Assembly: GCA_001786765.1 (NCBI GenBank)
Contig: MFTH01000013.1
Coordinates: 85,974-125,899, forward strand
DNA length: 39,926 bases
Reading direction: 5' to 3'
Origin: Candidatus Nomurabacteria bacterium RIFCSPHIGHO2_01_FULL_37_25
Lineage (GTDB): Bacteria > Patescibacteriota > Minisyncoccia > Phycocordibacterales > UBA9973
A program made the position numbers and the translations under genes. This document shows, piece by piece, positions 26,105-33,469 of the stretch. Every line of letters starts with the position of its first letter. Position 1 is the first letter of the stretch. A model generated the notes under the pieces. That model did no database searches. It saw nothing but the letters and a program-made list of their open reading frames with translations, and was not told where the DNA came from.

Positions 26105-27661
26105 GTGGAACAAGATACTAAAAATTTAATATCAAAAATACCAAAAGAAGTTTCATATGTAACAGACACGCTTGAAAAGGCTGGTTTTGAAGCGTATTTA
26201 GTGGGTGGTTGTGTGCGAGATCTTTTGATGGAGATAGAACCTAAAGATTGGGACATTACAACAAATGCTAAACCCGAAGAGATTATGAGTCTTTTTGAGA
26301 AAACTATTTATGAAAATACTTTTGGAACTGTAGGGGTATGCCTGCCCGCCAAAGTAAAAGAGGGTGTTTTACGTGAAACAGTTAATATTAATGTTTCACA
26401 AGAAACATCTAAGAGTAATGTTACTCATGAAACAGCAGAATACATGATTATTGAGGTTACGCCTTATAGAATTGAAGCAAAATATAGTGATTTTAGACAT
26501 CCAGATAAGCTAAAATTTAGCAACAAGCTCTCTGATGACCTAAAAAGACGAGATTTTACAGTGAATGCTATAGTACTTAATTCTAAAGGACATATAACGG
26601 ACATGTTTGATGGTCTAAAGGACATAAAGGACAAAACTTTACGGACAGTAGGGGAGCCAGATCATAGATTTCAGGAAGATGCTTTGAGGATGCTGAGAGC
26701 TGTTCGTTTTTCTACGCAATTAAATTTCTCAATTTCTCATGAAACGATGGAAAGTATTATAAAAAATTCTGAACTAATAAAAAAAATTTCAGCAGAAAGA
26801 ATTCGTGATGAGTTTGTAAAAATACTTATGTCAGAAAACCCAACAAGCGGGGTCATAATGTTACAAAAATTTGGTTTGCTTAAAAATATTATTCCAGAGC
26901 TTGAAGAGGGGATAGGGTGTGAACAAGGCGGAGCCCATTTATACAATGTGTTTGAGCATTTATTGCTTGCTTTACAACACTCAGTTGAAAAAAAATGGTC
27001 TTTAATAATAAGACTTTCTGCGCTCTTTCATGATATTGGGAAACCGAGAACTAGACGTCCCGGAGAAAAAAAAGCATATACTTTTTATGGTCATGAAGTT
27101 GTCGGAGCGAGAATGGTAAAAAAAATAATGGAGAGATTAAAATTCCCAAGCAAAGAAATTGAGTTAGTGGAAAAACTTGTCGGTAATCATATGTTTTTTT
27201 CTGACACCAACCTCATCACGCTTTCAGCAGTACGCAGAATTATTGCTAAGATGGGCAAAGAGAATATTTGGACTCTGATGAATGTCCGAGAGTGCGACCG
27301 AGTGGGAATGAAAAAAAAAGAAGCGCCTTATCGATTAAGAAAATATTTTGCAATGATAGAAGAAGCCTTAAGAGATCCGATATCTGTCAGCCAGCTAAAA
27401 ATCAACGGGGAATTTATGATTAAAGAGCTCGGCATCAAACCAGGTCCTCGGATGGGGTGGATTCTTCATGCGCTTTTAGAAGAAGTTCTTGATGCGCCAG
27501 AGAAAAACACAGTTGAACACTTGAGTGAACTTGTTAAATCGTTAAACACGCTCAATGATAGTGAACTTAGGGTTTTAGGAGAAAGAGGAAAAGAAAAAAA
27601 AGAGGAATTAGAAGAAGGAGAAATAGAAAAACTTCACACTAAACACGGAGTTAGGAAGTAA
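26105..27661 (+). CDS. cca: CCA tRNA nucleotidyltransferase with HD domain
   Basis: YLVGGCVRD, KDWDITT, DLKRRDFTVNA, RFQEDALRMLRAVRF, ERIRDE and LFHDIGK motifs. Confidence 0.92.
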   Translation: MEQDTKNLISKIPKEVSYVTDTLEKAGFEAYLVGGCVRDLLMEIEPKDWDITTNAKPEEIMSLFEKTIYENTFGTVGVCLPAKVKEGVLRETVNINVSQETSKSNVTHETAEYMIIEVTPYRIEAKYSDFRHPDKLKFSNKLSDDLKRRDFTVNAIVLNSKGHITDMFDGLKDIKDKTLRTVGEPDHRFQEDALRMLRAVRFSTQLNFSISHETMESIIKNSELIKKISAERIRDEFVKILMSENPTSGVIMLQKFGLLKNIIPELEEGIGCEQGGAHLYNVFEHLLLALQHSVEKKWSLIIRLSALFHDIGKPRTRRPGEKKAYTFYGHEVVGARMVKKIMERLKFPSKEIELVEKLVGNHMFFSDTNLITLSAVRRIIAKMGKENIWTLMNVRECDRVGMKKKEAPYRLRKYFAMIEEALRDPISVSQLKINGEFMIKELGIKPGPRMGWILHALLEEVLDAPEKNTVEHLSELVKSLNTLNDSELRVLGERGKEKKEELEEGEIEKLHTKHGVRK

Positions 27662-27768
27662 CTGATTGGATATATTTTACTTTACTAAACTAAAGTAATT
27701 AATAAACTTCCTGCTGGTAGCAACTTTCATAGTAAACCACTTCTGGACTGTTTGGGGATTGTGAAATT

Positions 27769-28785
27769 CTACCATTTTGTTTTTCCAGTATTAATAATTA
27801 AAATTTTCTTGTCTTTGGAAATTTTGTCTTTTATTTGTAGAAGCAAACCTAGCCCAGCAATCCCAGATGGTTCGCAATTTATTTTCTGTTCGTTTGCGAT
27901 TTTAATTGCTTCATCTAAATACTTCTCTTCCAAATTATAAACTTGGCTCATTTCTCCAGTGAGACCAGTGAATCTATAAAACTTAATCCATTGTTTTGAA
28001 TAGTTAGCAAATGGTAAAAATGGCGCATATAATTTGTCCATTTTGCTTTTTGGATTTGTAGTCTTTGCTCCTAAAATAGATGTTTTTTTTAAAATTTTAA
28101 TACTTCCCTTAAATCTAGGGTCATTTATTTTATAATTCAGTTCTTTTTTAATTATATTCATTATATTTTCATAAAGTTGTCCTGTGCCAAAAGGTACGAA
28201 AATATAATCCGCATTGCTGTTTATGATTTCGTAACTTAACCAATCATAAAATCTAACCGTTGGGTCGTATGCTTCGTTTGAAGTAATATCAAAACCGTCT
28301 TCATTTTCAGTTAATCGTAAAATTTCCTTCCAATCAAATGTTTTTCTACTTAAATCTTCTAGGAAAATTCTACAACCTACTTTTTTAAGATTATCTGTAA
28401 TATTAGGATCAGTTTGAGAATCCACCAATACATGCAAATTCGGCAGCCCATATTTTTTAAGTTGTGTTTGTATTGCCAGGGCGGCAGAACCGGAACTTAA
28501 AATAGACAGGATGGGAAGTTTATCTATTTTGCCAATCTTTTTAGATTTGAGAAATTCTTTGTAGGTAACAATCATCTCCCAAGCCATTCTGTCTTTGTGT
28601 GTTCCGGTCTTGTTATGACTTTCGTCTTTCAGCCAAACATTAGAAAATCCAGGCACTTCAATTTTGTATGTTGGTGTAGCAGGGAATTTTGGGTCATCAG
28701 GAGGGAATTCAGGTTTGTCTGGATTATTTTCTGATGCCACTACGATAGAGTTTAAAATCGCCTCTTCTTTTTCAGTTAAAGCCAT
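27769..28785 (-). CDS. PLP-dependent fold-type II enzyme (threonine synthase/dehydratase-like)
   Basis: LKDESHNKTGTHKDR (PLP lysine), SSGSAALA, VPFGTG, CEPSGIAG and INTG. Confidence 0.8.
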   Translation of the reverse strand: MALTEKEEAILNSIVVASENNPDKPEFPPDDPKFPATPTYKIEVPGFSNVWLKDESHNKTGTHKDRMAWEMIVTYKEFLKSKKIGKIDKLPILSILSSGSAALAIQTQLKKYGLPNLHVLVDSQTDPNITDNLKKVGCRIFLEDLSRKTFDWKEILRLTENEDGFDITSNEAYDPTVRFYDWLSYEIINSNADYIFVPFGTGQLYENIMNIIKKELNYKINDPRFKGSIKILKKTSILGAKTTNPKSKMDKLYAPFLPFANYSKQWIKFYRFTGLTGEMSQVYNLEEKYLDEAIKIANEQKINCEPSGIAGLGLLLQIKDKISKDKKILIINTGKTKW

Positions 28786-28803
28786 ATTTTAATTTTAAAA
28801 AGT

Positions 28804-29436
28804 TTAGTTTTCAATTGGAGTAAATACTTTTAACATATTCTCAAAAAGTTGAGTGCTATACGATGAAAGATTAAAAATTACCGCCAAGGTAAGTAAAGTA
28901 AGTGAGGTGGGTATATTCCAAAAACAAATCGCTATGGCAATAATAGCAAAAACGACGGGTACTAATGTGCGGATGGTACTGCCACGGATTTCCTTTTTAC
29001 TGATTTCTGGATTTTTAATGTGTTCTGAATAAAGCACATATCTGCGCATCCAATATAAAGACAAACCAATTAGAATAATGTGTGTGGCAAATATTACGAT
29101 GGACAACTCATTTTTTGGAAAGTCGCCAAGAACTCTGGCGGAAAAAGGAATAAGAGATACTAACATGAAAAATAGCGCGTTTATATTAGTGAGCATACTG
29201 TCCACATTTTTTGCATAAACAGAAACGAAAAAGTGATGCGCTCTCCAATAAGTGAAAAGAAGAGAAAAAGACAATAAATAACTTAAGAATAATGGAAGTA
29301 AGTTCTCGACTTCAAGCCAGAGGTCGTGATTGTTCACGGGTTCAAAAATAATTGGTACTTTTATTTCAAAAACCAAAATTGTCATTACAATAGCAAAAAT
29401 CCCGTCTGATAACTGGTCTAATCTTGTGTGGCTCAT
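28804..29436 (-). CDS. TMEM175-family K+ channel
   Basis: RLDQLSDGIFAIVMTIL signature, YW..HH and 6 TM helices. Start set at MSHTRL (29436); the GTG extension lies in a family A element. Confidence 0.88.
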   Translation of the reverse strand: MSHTRLDQLSDGIFAIVMTILVFEIKVPIIFEPVNNHDLWLEVENLLPLFLSYLLSFSLLFTYWRAHHFFVSVYAKNVDSMLTNINALFFMLVSLIPFSARVLGDFPKNELSIVIFATHIILIGLSLYWMRRYVLYSEHIKNPEISKKEIRGSTIRTLVPVVFAIIAIAICFWNIPTSLTLLTLAVIFNLSSYSTQLFENMLKVFTPIEN

Positions 29437-29451
29437 GCTAGAAATAATAGC

Positions 29452-29574
29452 ACAAAACTCTTTTTTGGTATAGTTTTTGCTAGACACACATAAAAATCTG
29501 CTGATTTTTTGCTATGCTCGGCCCGTCCGGCCTGCGCAATGTCTCTCAAAAACTACACCTGCGACGAGTTTTGT
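29452..29574 (+). repeat. Family A element overlapping the xth stop codon
   Basis: Stems ACAAAACTC/GAGTTTTGT, TAGTTTTTG/CAAAAACTA and AGACA/TGTCT; hairpins AAAAATC-TGCT-GATTTTT and GC-TC-GGCC-CGTCC-GGCC-TG-CGC. Confidence 0.75.
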
Positions 29575-30368
29575 AATTCCAGCCAAATCGGACAATGGTC
29601 CGAACCCATATAGTTTTGTATCGTGCCTGCGTTTTTTATTCTTAGGCCACCTTCGCCATGCTTCGGCGAGCCAAGCATTAATTTTTTGTCAGCAAAAAAA
29701 TAGTCTATACGCCAGCCTACATTCCTAGCTCTAGCTCCTGTTTTCATATCCCAATAAGTATAAATGTCTTTTTTATTCGGATTTAATTCGCGCCAAACAT
29801 CTAGAAAATTATTTTTTATAACTTTAGTAATCCAAGCGCGCTCTATTGGCAAGAAACCGGTGTTTTCTTCATTTGCTTTTGGACGAGCTAGGTCTATAGC
29901 TGTATGGGCAGTATTTATGTCACCACAGAAAATCACATTTTCACCATTTTTCCTTAATTTTAAAATAAATTTTAAAAACGCTTCATAAAATTCTAATTTG
30001 TATTTTAATCTATGCGGACCTTGACCGCCATTTGGATAATAACCATTTATTAATGTGAAGTTTTTGAATTTTGCGCCGACTAATCTGCCTTCATCGTCAA
30101 ATTTTTTTATACCCATACCATAAAAAACTTCCCTCGGTTTTTCTTTGGAATAAATTGCCACTCCACTATAACCCTTTTTTTCTTTTGGATGTGAAAAAAA
30201 GGAATAATAATTTTTCACATTGCGCGCTTCCTCCGGCAATTGTTCTGGCGTGGCTTTTGTTTCCTGCAAGCAAACAATATCCGGCTTGTATTTTTCAAAA
30301 AGCGGACTGAAAAATCCTTGTTTTGCCGTCGCCCGCAGACCGTTTGTGTTCCAAGAAATTATTTTCAC
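29553..30368 (-). CDS. xth: Exodeoxyribonuclease III (AP endonuclease)
   Basis: ISWNTNGLRA, CLQETK, GYSGVA, CGDINTAH, GWRIDY and GSDHCP motifs. Confidence 0.95.
   Translation of the reverse strand: MKIISWNTNGLRATAKQGFFSPLFEKYKPDIVCLQETKATPEQLPEEARNVKNYYSFFSHPKEKKGYSGVAIYSKEKPREVFYGMGIKKFDDEGRLVGAKFKNFTLINGYYPNGGQGPHRLKYKLEFYEAFLKFILKLRKNGENVIFCGDINTAHTAIDLARPKANEENTGFLPIERAWITKVIKNNFLDVWRELNPNKKDIYTYWDMKTGARARNVGWRIDYFFADKKLMLGSPKHGEGGLRIKNAGTIQNYMGSDHCPIWLELQNSSQV
29645..29676 (+). repeat. Family B insertion in-frame in xth
   Basis: GGCCACCTTCGCCATGCTTCGGCGAGCCAAGC; encodes LGSPKHGEGG. Confidence 0.75.
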
Positions 30369-30396
30369 GATAAATAATCATAGCATATAAAACTCT

Positions 30397-31332
30397 TCAA
30401 CGAGTTTTATTTTTGCCATGATATTTCTTGTGCACATCTCTAAGGTGTTTATCGGTCACATGAGTATAAATCTGGGTAGTGCCGATATTGGCATGACCGA
30501 GCATGGCTTGGACAGAGCGTATATCTGCGCCGTTTGAAAGGAGGTCAGTGGCGAACATATGACGGATGACGTGTGGAGTCACCTTTTTTGATATACCAGC
30601 TTTTATGGCGTGTTCTTTTACGATACGCTCCACTGATCTTTTATTGAGATGAGTCAAGTCTTCAACTTTTTTATTCCTATCTTTTTGATTAGGTATGGCG
30701 ACGAAAAGCGCTTCACTCATGTCTTTGCGTGTAGCTAAATATTTTTTTACCGCTGTTTTCGCTTCTTCAGAAATAAAAACTACGCGTATTTTGCCACCTT
30801 TGCCACGGATGGAAAGTTCATCTGAATTTAAATCAATATCTCGAGGGAGAGAACATAATTCTGAAACGCGTAAGCCAGTGGAAAATAAAAGCTCAAGAAT
30901 GGCTTTATCCCTTAAGTCTTTGATGTCGGAGTTCTTAGGTGAGGATAAGAGACGACTTAATTCTTCGCCAGTGATGAGGTCAAGGGGGCGTTCGCTTACT
31001 TTTGCCAATTCTATTCTTTCAGCCGGCATAGATTTTACATCTTGTCGCGCCAGATATTTCAAAAATGCTCGAATAGAAATCAGATAATAATTTTGGGTTT
31101 TTCTGGTTAGAGTTTCTCTGCTTGTGGCTCTATGCACACCCGGTTGTCTGTTGAGCCAAAGGCGAAATTCACGAATATTTGCATCATTTATATTTTCTGG
31201 ATTGTCGGTCTTTATAAAATTTAAAAAACGATTAAGATAGTGATCATAATTTTCCACTGTTTTCTGCGACCTGCCTTTCTCTATTTCTATATATTCCAAA
31301 AATTGAGTTTTGAGTTGTTTCAGAGATGCCAT
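30397..31332 (-). CDS. XerC/XerD-type tyrosine recombinase
   Basis: SAM-like N-terminal domain; TGLRVSEL, GKGGK.R, HVIRH, LGH and TQIYTH motifs; TGtTAGAAT 6 nt before ATG. Confidence 0.9.
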   Translation of the reverse strand: MASLKQLKTQFLEYIEIEKGRSQKTVENYDHYLNRFLNFIKTDNPENINDANIREFRLWLNRQPGVHRATSRETLTRKTQNYYLISIRAFLKYLARQDVKSMPAERIELAKVSERPLDLITGEELSRLLSSPKNSDIKDLRDKAILELLFSTGLRVSELCSLPRDIDLNSDELSIRGKGGKIRVVFISEEAKTAVKKYLATRKDMSEALFVAIPNQKDRNKKVEDLTHLNKRSVERIVKEHAIKAGISKKVTPHVIRHMFATDLLSNGADIRSVQAMLGHANIGTTQIYTHVTDKHLRDVHKKYHGKNKTR

Positions 31333-31421
31333 GTGTGTATTCTAACATGTCGCACAGCCTTTTATTTATTATGTAGAAATTGTAACTAAAAGGTCGAATA
31401 CAGGAACGGGGTCTAGACAGA

Positions 31422-31450
31422 TTGCATTTTTTGTTACTTTATGCTAGTAT
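31422..31450 (+). promoter_or_regulatory. Promoter for leaderless rpsO
   Basis: TTGCAT-N17-TAGTAT with TG extension, 6 nt before ATG 31457. Confidence 0.65.
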
Positions 31451-31456
31451 ATAGGT

Positions 31457-31717
31457 ATGTTAGCGACTAAGAAAAAGCAAACAATTATAAAAAAGAGCCA
31501 AATTCACGACAAGGATACAGGTTCCCCTGAGGTGCAAGTAGCTGTTATTTCCGCTTCCATTGATGAATTGGCGAAGCATTTAAAGAAACACAAAAAAGAC
31601 AATCATTCTAGAAGGGGATTAATCAAGATGGTGGCTGACAGACGCACTCATCTAAAATATCTAGAGCGAACAAACAAGACTCGCTACAACGCGCTCATAA
31701 AGAAAATTGATTTGTAA
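31457..31717 (+). CDS. rpsO: 30S ribosomal protein S15
   Basis: DTGSPEVQVA...HLKKHKKDNHSRRGLIKMV...LKYL. Confidence 0.97.
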   Translation: MLATKKKQTIIKKSQIHDKDTGSPEVQVAVISASIDELAKHLKKHKKDNHSRRGLIKMVADRRTHLKYLERTNKTRYNALIKKIDL

Positions 31718-31760
31718 AACTACATCTGCAACACTTTTCAAAAAGTGCTATACTAAATAA

Positions 31761-32270
31761 ATGACAGTTATAAAACACAAAGAACAGAGGGTTGGGGTTT
31801 TTATTGATACTCAAAATCTATACCATAGCGCTCGCAATTTATATAAAATGCGGGTGAATTTCGGCGCAGTTTTGAAAGACGCTGTTTTTGGCAGGAAGCT
31901 TGTGCGAGCTGTAGCCTATGTCATTACCACTGAAGCGCATGATGAAAAGAATTTCTTTGAAGCTCTCACTAAACTTGGAATAGAAACCAAAACAAAAGAC
32001 CTGCAAATCTTTGCAGGTGGAGCAAAAAAAGCTGATTGGGATGTGGGGCTCGCAGTTGATGTTATTAAAATGGCGCCTCGACTTGATTCAGCGGTTATCA
32101 TATCTGGTGATGGCGACTTTATTCCGTTAGTGGAATATTTACAAAGTATTGGTGTGCAAGTGGAAGTAGTTTCATTTGGTAAATCAACTTCTGGAAAACT
32201 TCGCGAAGTGGTGGATGATTTTTTGGATCTTTCCGAGAATCCTAGAAAATATTTGATCGGAGCGAGATAG
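31761..32270 (+). CDS. NYN domain (LabA/DUF88) PIN-like nuclease
   Basis: VFIDTQNL, KKADWDVGLAVD and ISGDGDFIPL motifs; TGcTATACT 6 nt before ATG. Confidence 0.9.
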   Translation: MTVIKHKEQRVGVFIDTQNLYHSARNLYKMRVNFGAVLKDAVFGRKLVRAVAYVITTEAHDEKNFFEALTKLGIETKTKDLQIFAGGAKKADWDVGLAVDVIKMAPRLDSAVIISGDGDFIPLVEYLQSIGVQVEVVSFGKSTSGKLREVVDDFLDLSENPRKYLIGAR

Positions 32271-32276
32271 CTATCT

Positions 32277-33131
32277 ATGGAACCCTATTCTGATGAATAT
32301 AGCGAAGTACTCGATATTAAAAAAGTATTTTTTCAAATTCTCAAGAAAAAAATTAAAAACATTATTCTTGGAACTTTTCTATTATTAATTTGGAGTGTTC
32401 TTTGTATTATATTTTTAGTACCAAAAATTACTTCATCGGATTTTGGTTTTTTCCTCATTCTTTTTCCTTGGCTTCTTTTTTTAGGATGGCTTAGCATACT
32501 TTATTCAAAAGTTCGTGAAGCTTTTTGGAAACAGCTTGCTTTAAAATATGGTTGGGAATACACATCTACTAAAAATATATCTCAAGAAAAAGCCCTCTTA
32601 TTTAATATAGGTCATTCTAAATTCGCACCATATGGAATCATAGGTAGCTATAACAATCATCCTTTTCATATCTTTGAATATGAATATACTATCGGAAGTG
32701 GTAAACACAAAACAACGTATTCCTTTACAGTTTTTGAAGTAAAATTTACGGGGACATTTCCACATCTTTATTTAAATTATAAAAGTGATGGATATTCGAA
32801 TATGCCTTCGGTTTTTTCTTCTCTTGCAAAAATTTCTGTTCCATACGAATTTGAAGATAAATTCAAATTATATGCACCGAAAGAATATGAGACAGAAACA
32901 CTTGAAATTTTTACTCCTGACATTTTTGCACTCCTTATTGATTCAAAATGGAATCATGATATGGAATTTGTGGATGGCGAACTCATTATTTATAGAAATG
33001 AAAAGTTTAACAATTTTACAGACCTCGATGGAGAGTTTAATAAGATTAAAAAATTCATTAGTATTCTCTCTCCACGACTAAACAGACTCAAGCTTACTCA
33101 GATTGGAGATATAGCACCTCTGTTGCGTTAG
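32277..33131 (+). CDS. Hypothetical membrane protein (2 TM plus soluble domain)
   Basis: Two N-terminal hydrophobic helices; YEYTIGSGKH and FEDKFKLY...EIFTPD. Confidence 0.75.
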   Translation: MEPYSDEYSEVLDIKKVFFQILKKKIKNIILGTFLLLIWSVLCIIFLVPKITSSDFGFFLILFPWLLFLGWLSILYSKVREAFWKQLALKYGWEYTSTKNISQEKALLFNIGHSKFAPYGIIGSYNNHPFHIFEYEYTIGSGKHKTTYSFTVFEVKFTGTFPHLYLNYKSDGYSNMPSVFSSLAKISVPYEFEDKFKLYAPKEYETETLEIFTPDIFALLIDSKWNHDMEFVDGELIIYRNEKFNNFTDLDGEFNKIKKFISILSPRLNRLKLTQIGDIAPLLR

Positions 33132-33166
33132 AAACACCTAACATTTTTTTGAATAACATAAATTAC

Positions 33167-33194
33167 TTGCTTTTCAGCTCAAAAATGCTACTAT
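33167..33194 (+). promoter_or_regulatory. Putative pnp promoter
   Basis: TTGCTT-N16-TACTAT with TG extension. Confidence 0.5.
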
Positions 33195-33210
33195 AAAAAT
33201 TAGTTTATTA

Positions 33211-33336
33211 GTCCCGACGTAAAGTTGGGACCCTGATTTATAAAGCGTCGGGGTTAATCCGTTCGCGTCTAGACATAAAGTAGTGTTTCCCAGAAAAAAA
33301 TATTTGGTGAAACAACACTGTAGTCTGGATACGAAC
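33211..33336 (+). promoter_or_regulatory. Structured pnp leader (twin hairpins plus long irregular stem)
   Basis: GTCCCGAC-GTAAA-GTTGGGAC; CCCTGAT/GTCGGGG; GTTCG-CG-TCTAGAC...GTCTGGA-TA-CGAAC. Confidence 0.5.
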
Positions 33337-33344
33337 TTAGACAC

Positions 33345-33454
33345 ATTCATAAAATATAATTTTCTTTCGGTACGGATTTTTTGAAGCTTAAAAAATCCTG
33401 AAGTTCTCGGCTCGCCAGCCTCGAAACCCCTTCAGAAAATTATATTTTATGAAT
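33345..33454 (+). repeat. Family A element immediately upstream of pnp
   Basis: Perfect 21-bp inverted repeat ATTCATAAAATATAATTTTCT/AGAAAATTATATTTTATGAAT around the conserved core. Confidence 0.85.
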
Positions 33455-33469
33455 CTATAAAAAAAATTC

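Larger units (their letters stand above)
25200..26434. promoter_or_regulatory. Cluster of seven parS-like palindromes
   Basis: Matches to TGTTTCACGTGAAACA start at 25200, 25587, 25613, 26149, 26365, 26392 and 26419. Confidence 0.75.

Noticed and set aside
26365-26434. Mini CRISPR array
   Set aside because: The repeats are 16-bp degenerate palindromes with 11-bp spacers inside a CDS, they match parS, and no cas genes are present.
30397-31332. Prophage or ICE integrase
   Set aside because: It resembles a housekeeping Xer, is flanked by xth and rpsO, and has no phage genes or att repeats visible.
33369-33430. Family A core as a type III hammerhead ribozyme (GTA...CTGAAG...GAAAC)
   Set aside because: The core reads CTGAAGT rather than CUGANGA, has extra bases after the putative cleavage triplet, and the motifs are absent from the copies at 9437, 10526 and 29452.
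9437-33454. Family A as a riboswitch or cis-regulatory leader
   Set aside because: It occurs in both orientations relative to genes, inside coding regions and beside unrelated functions, which fits a dispersed repeat better.
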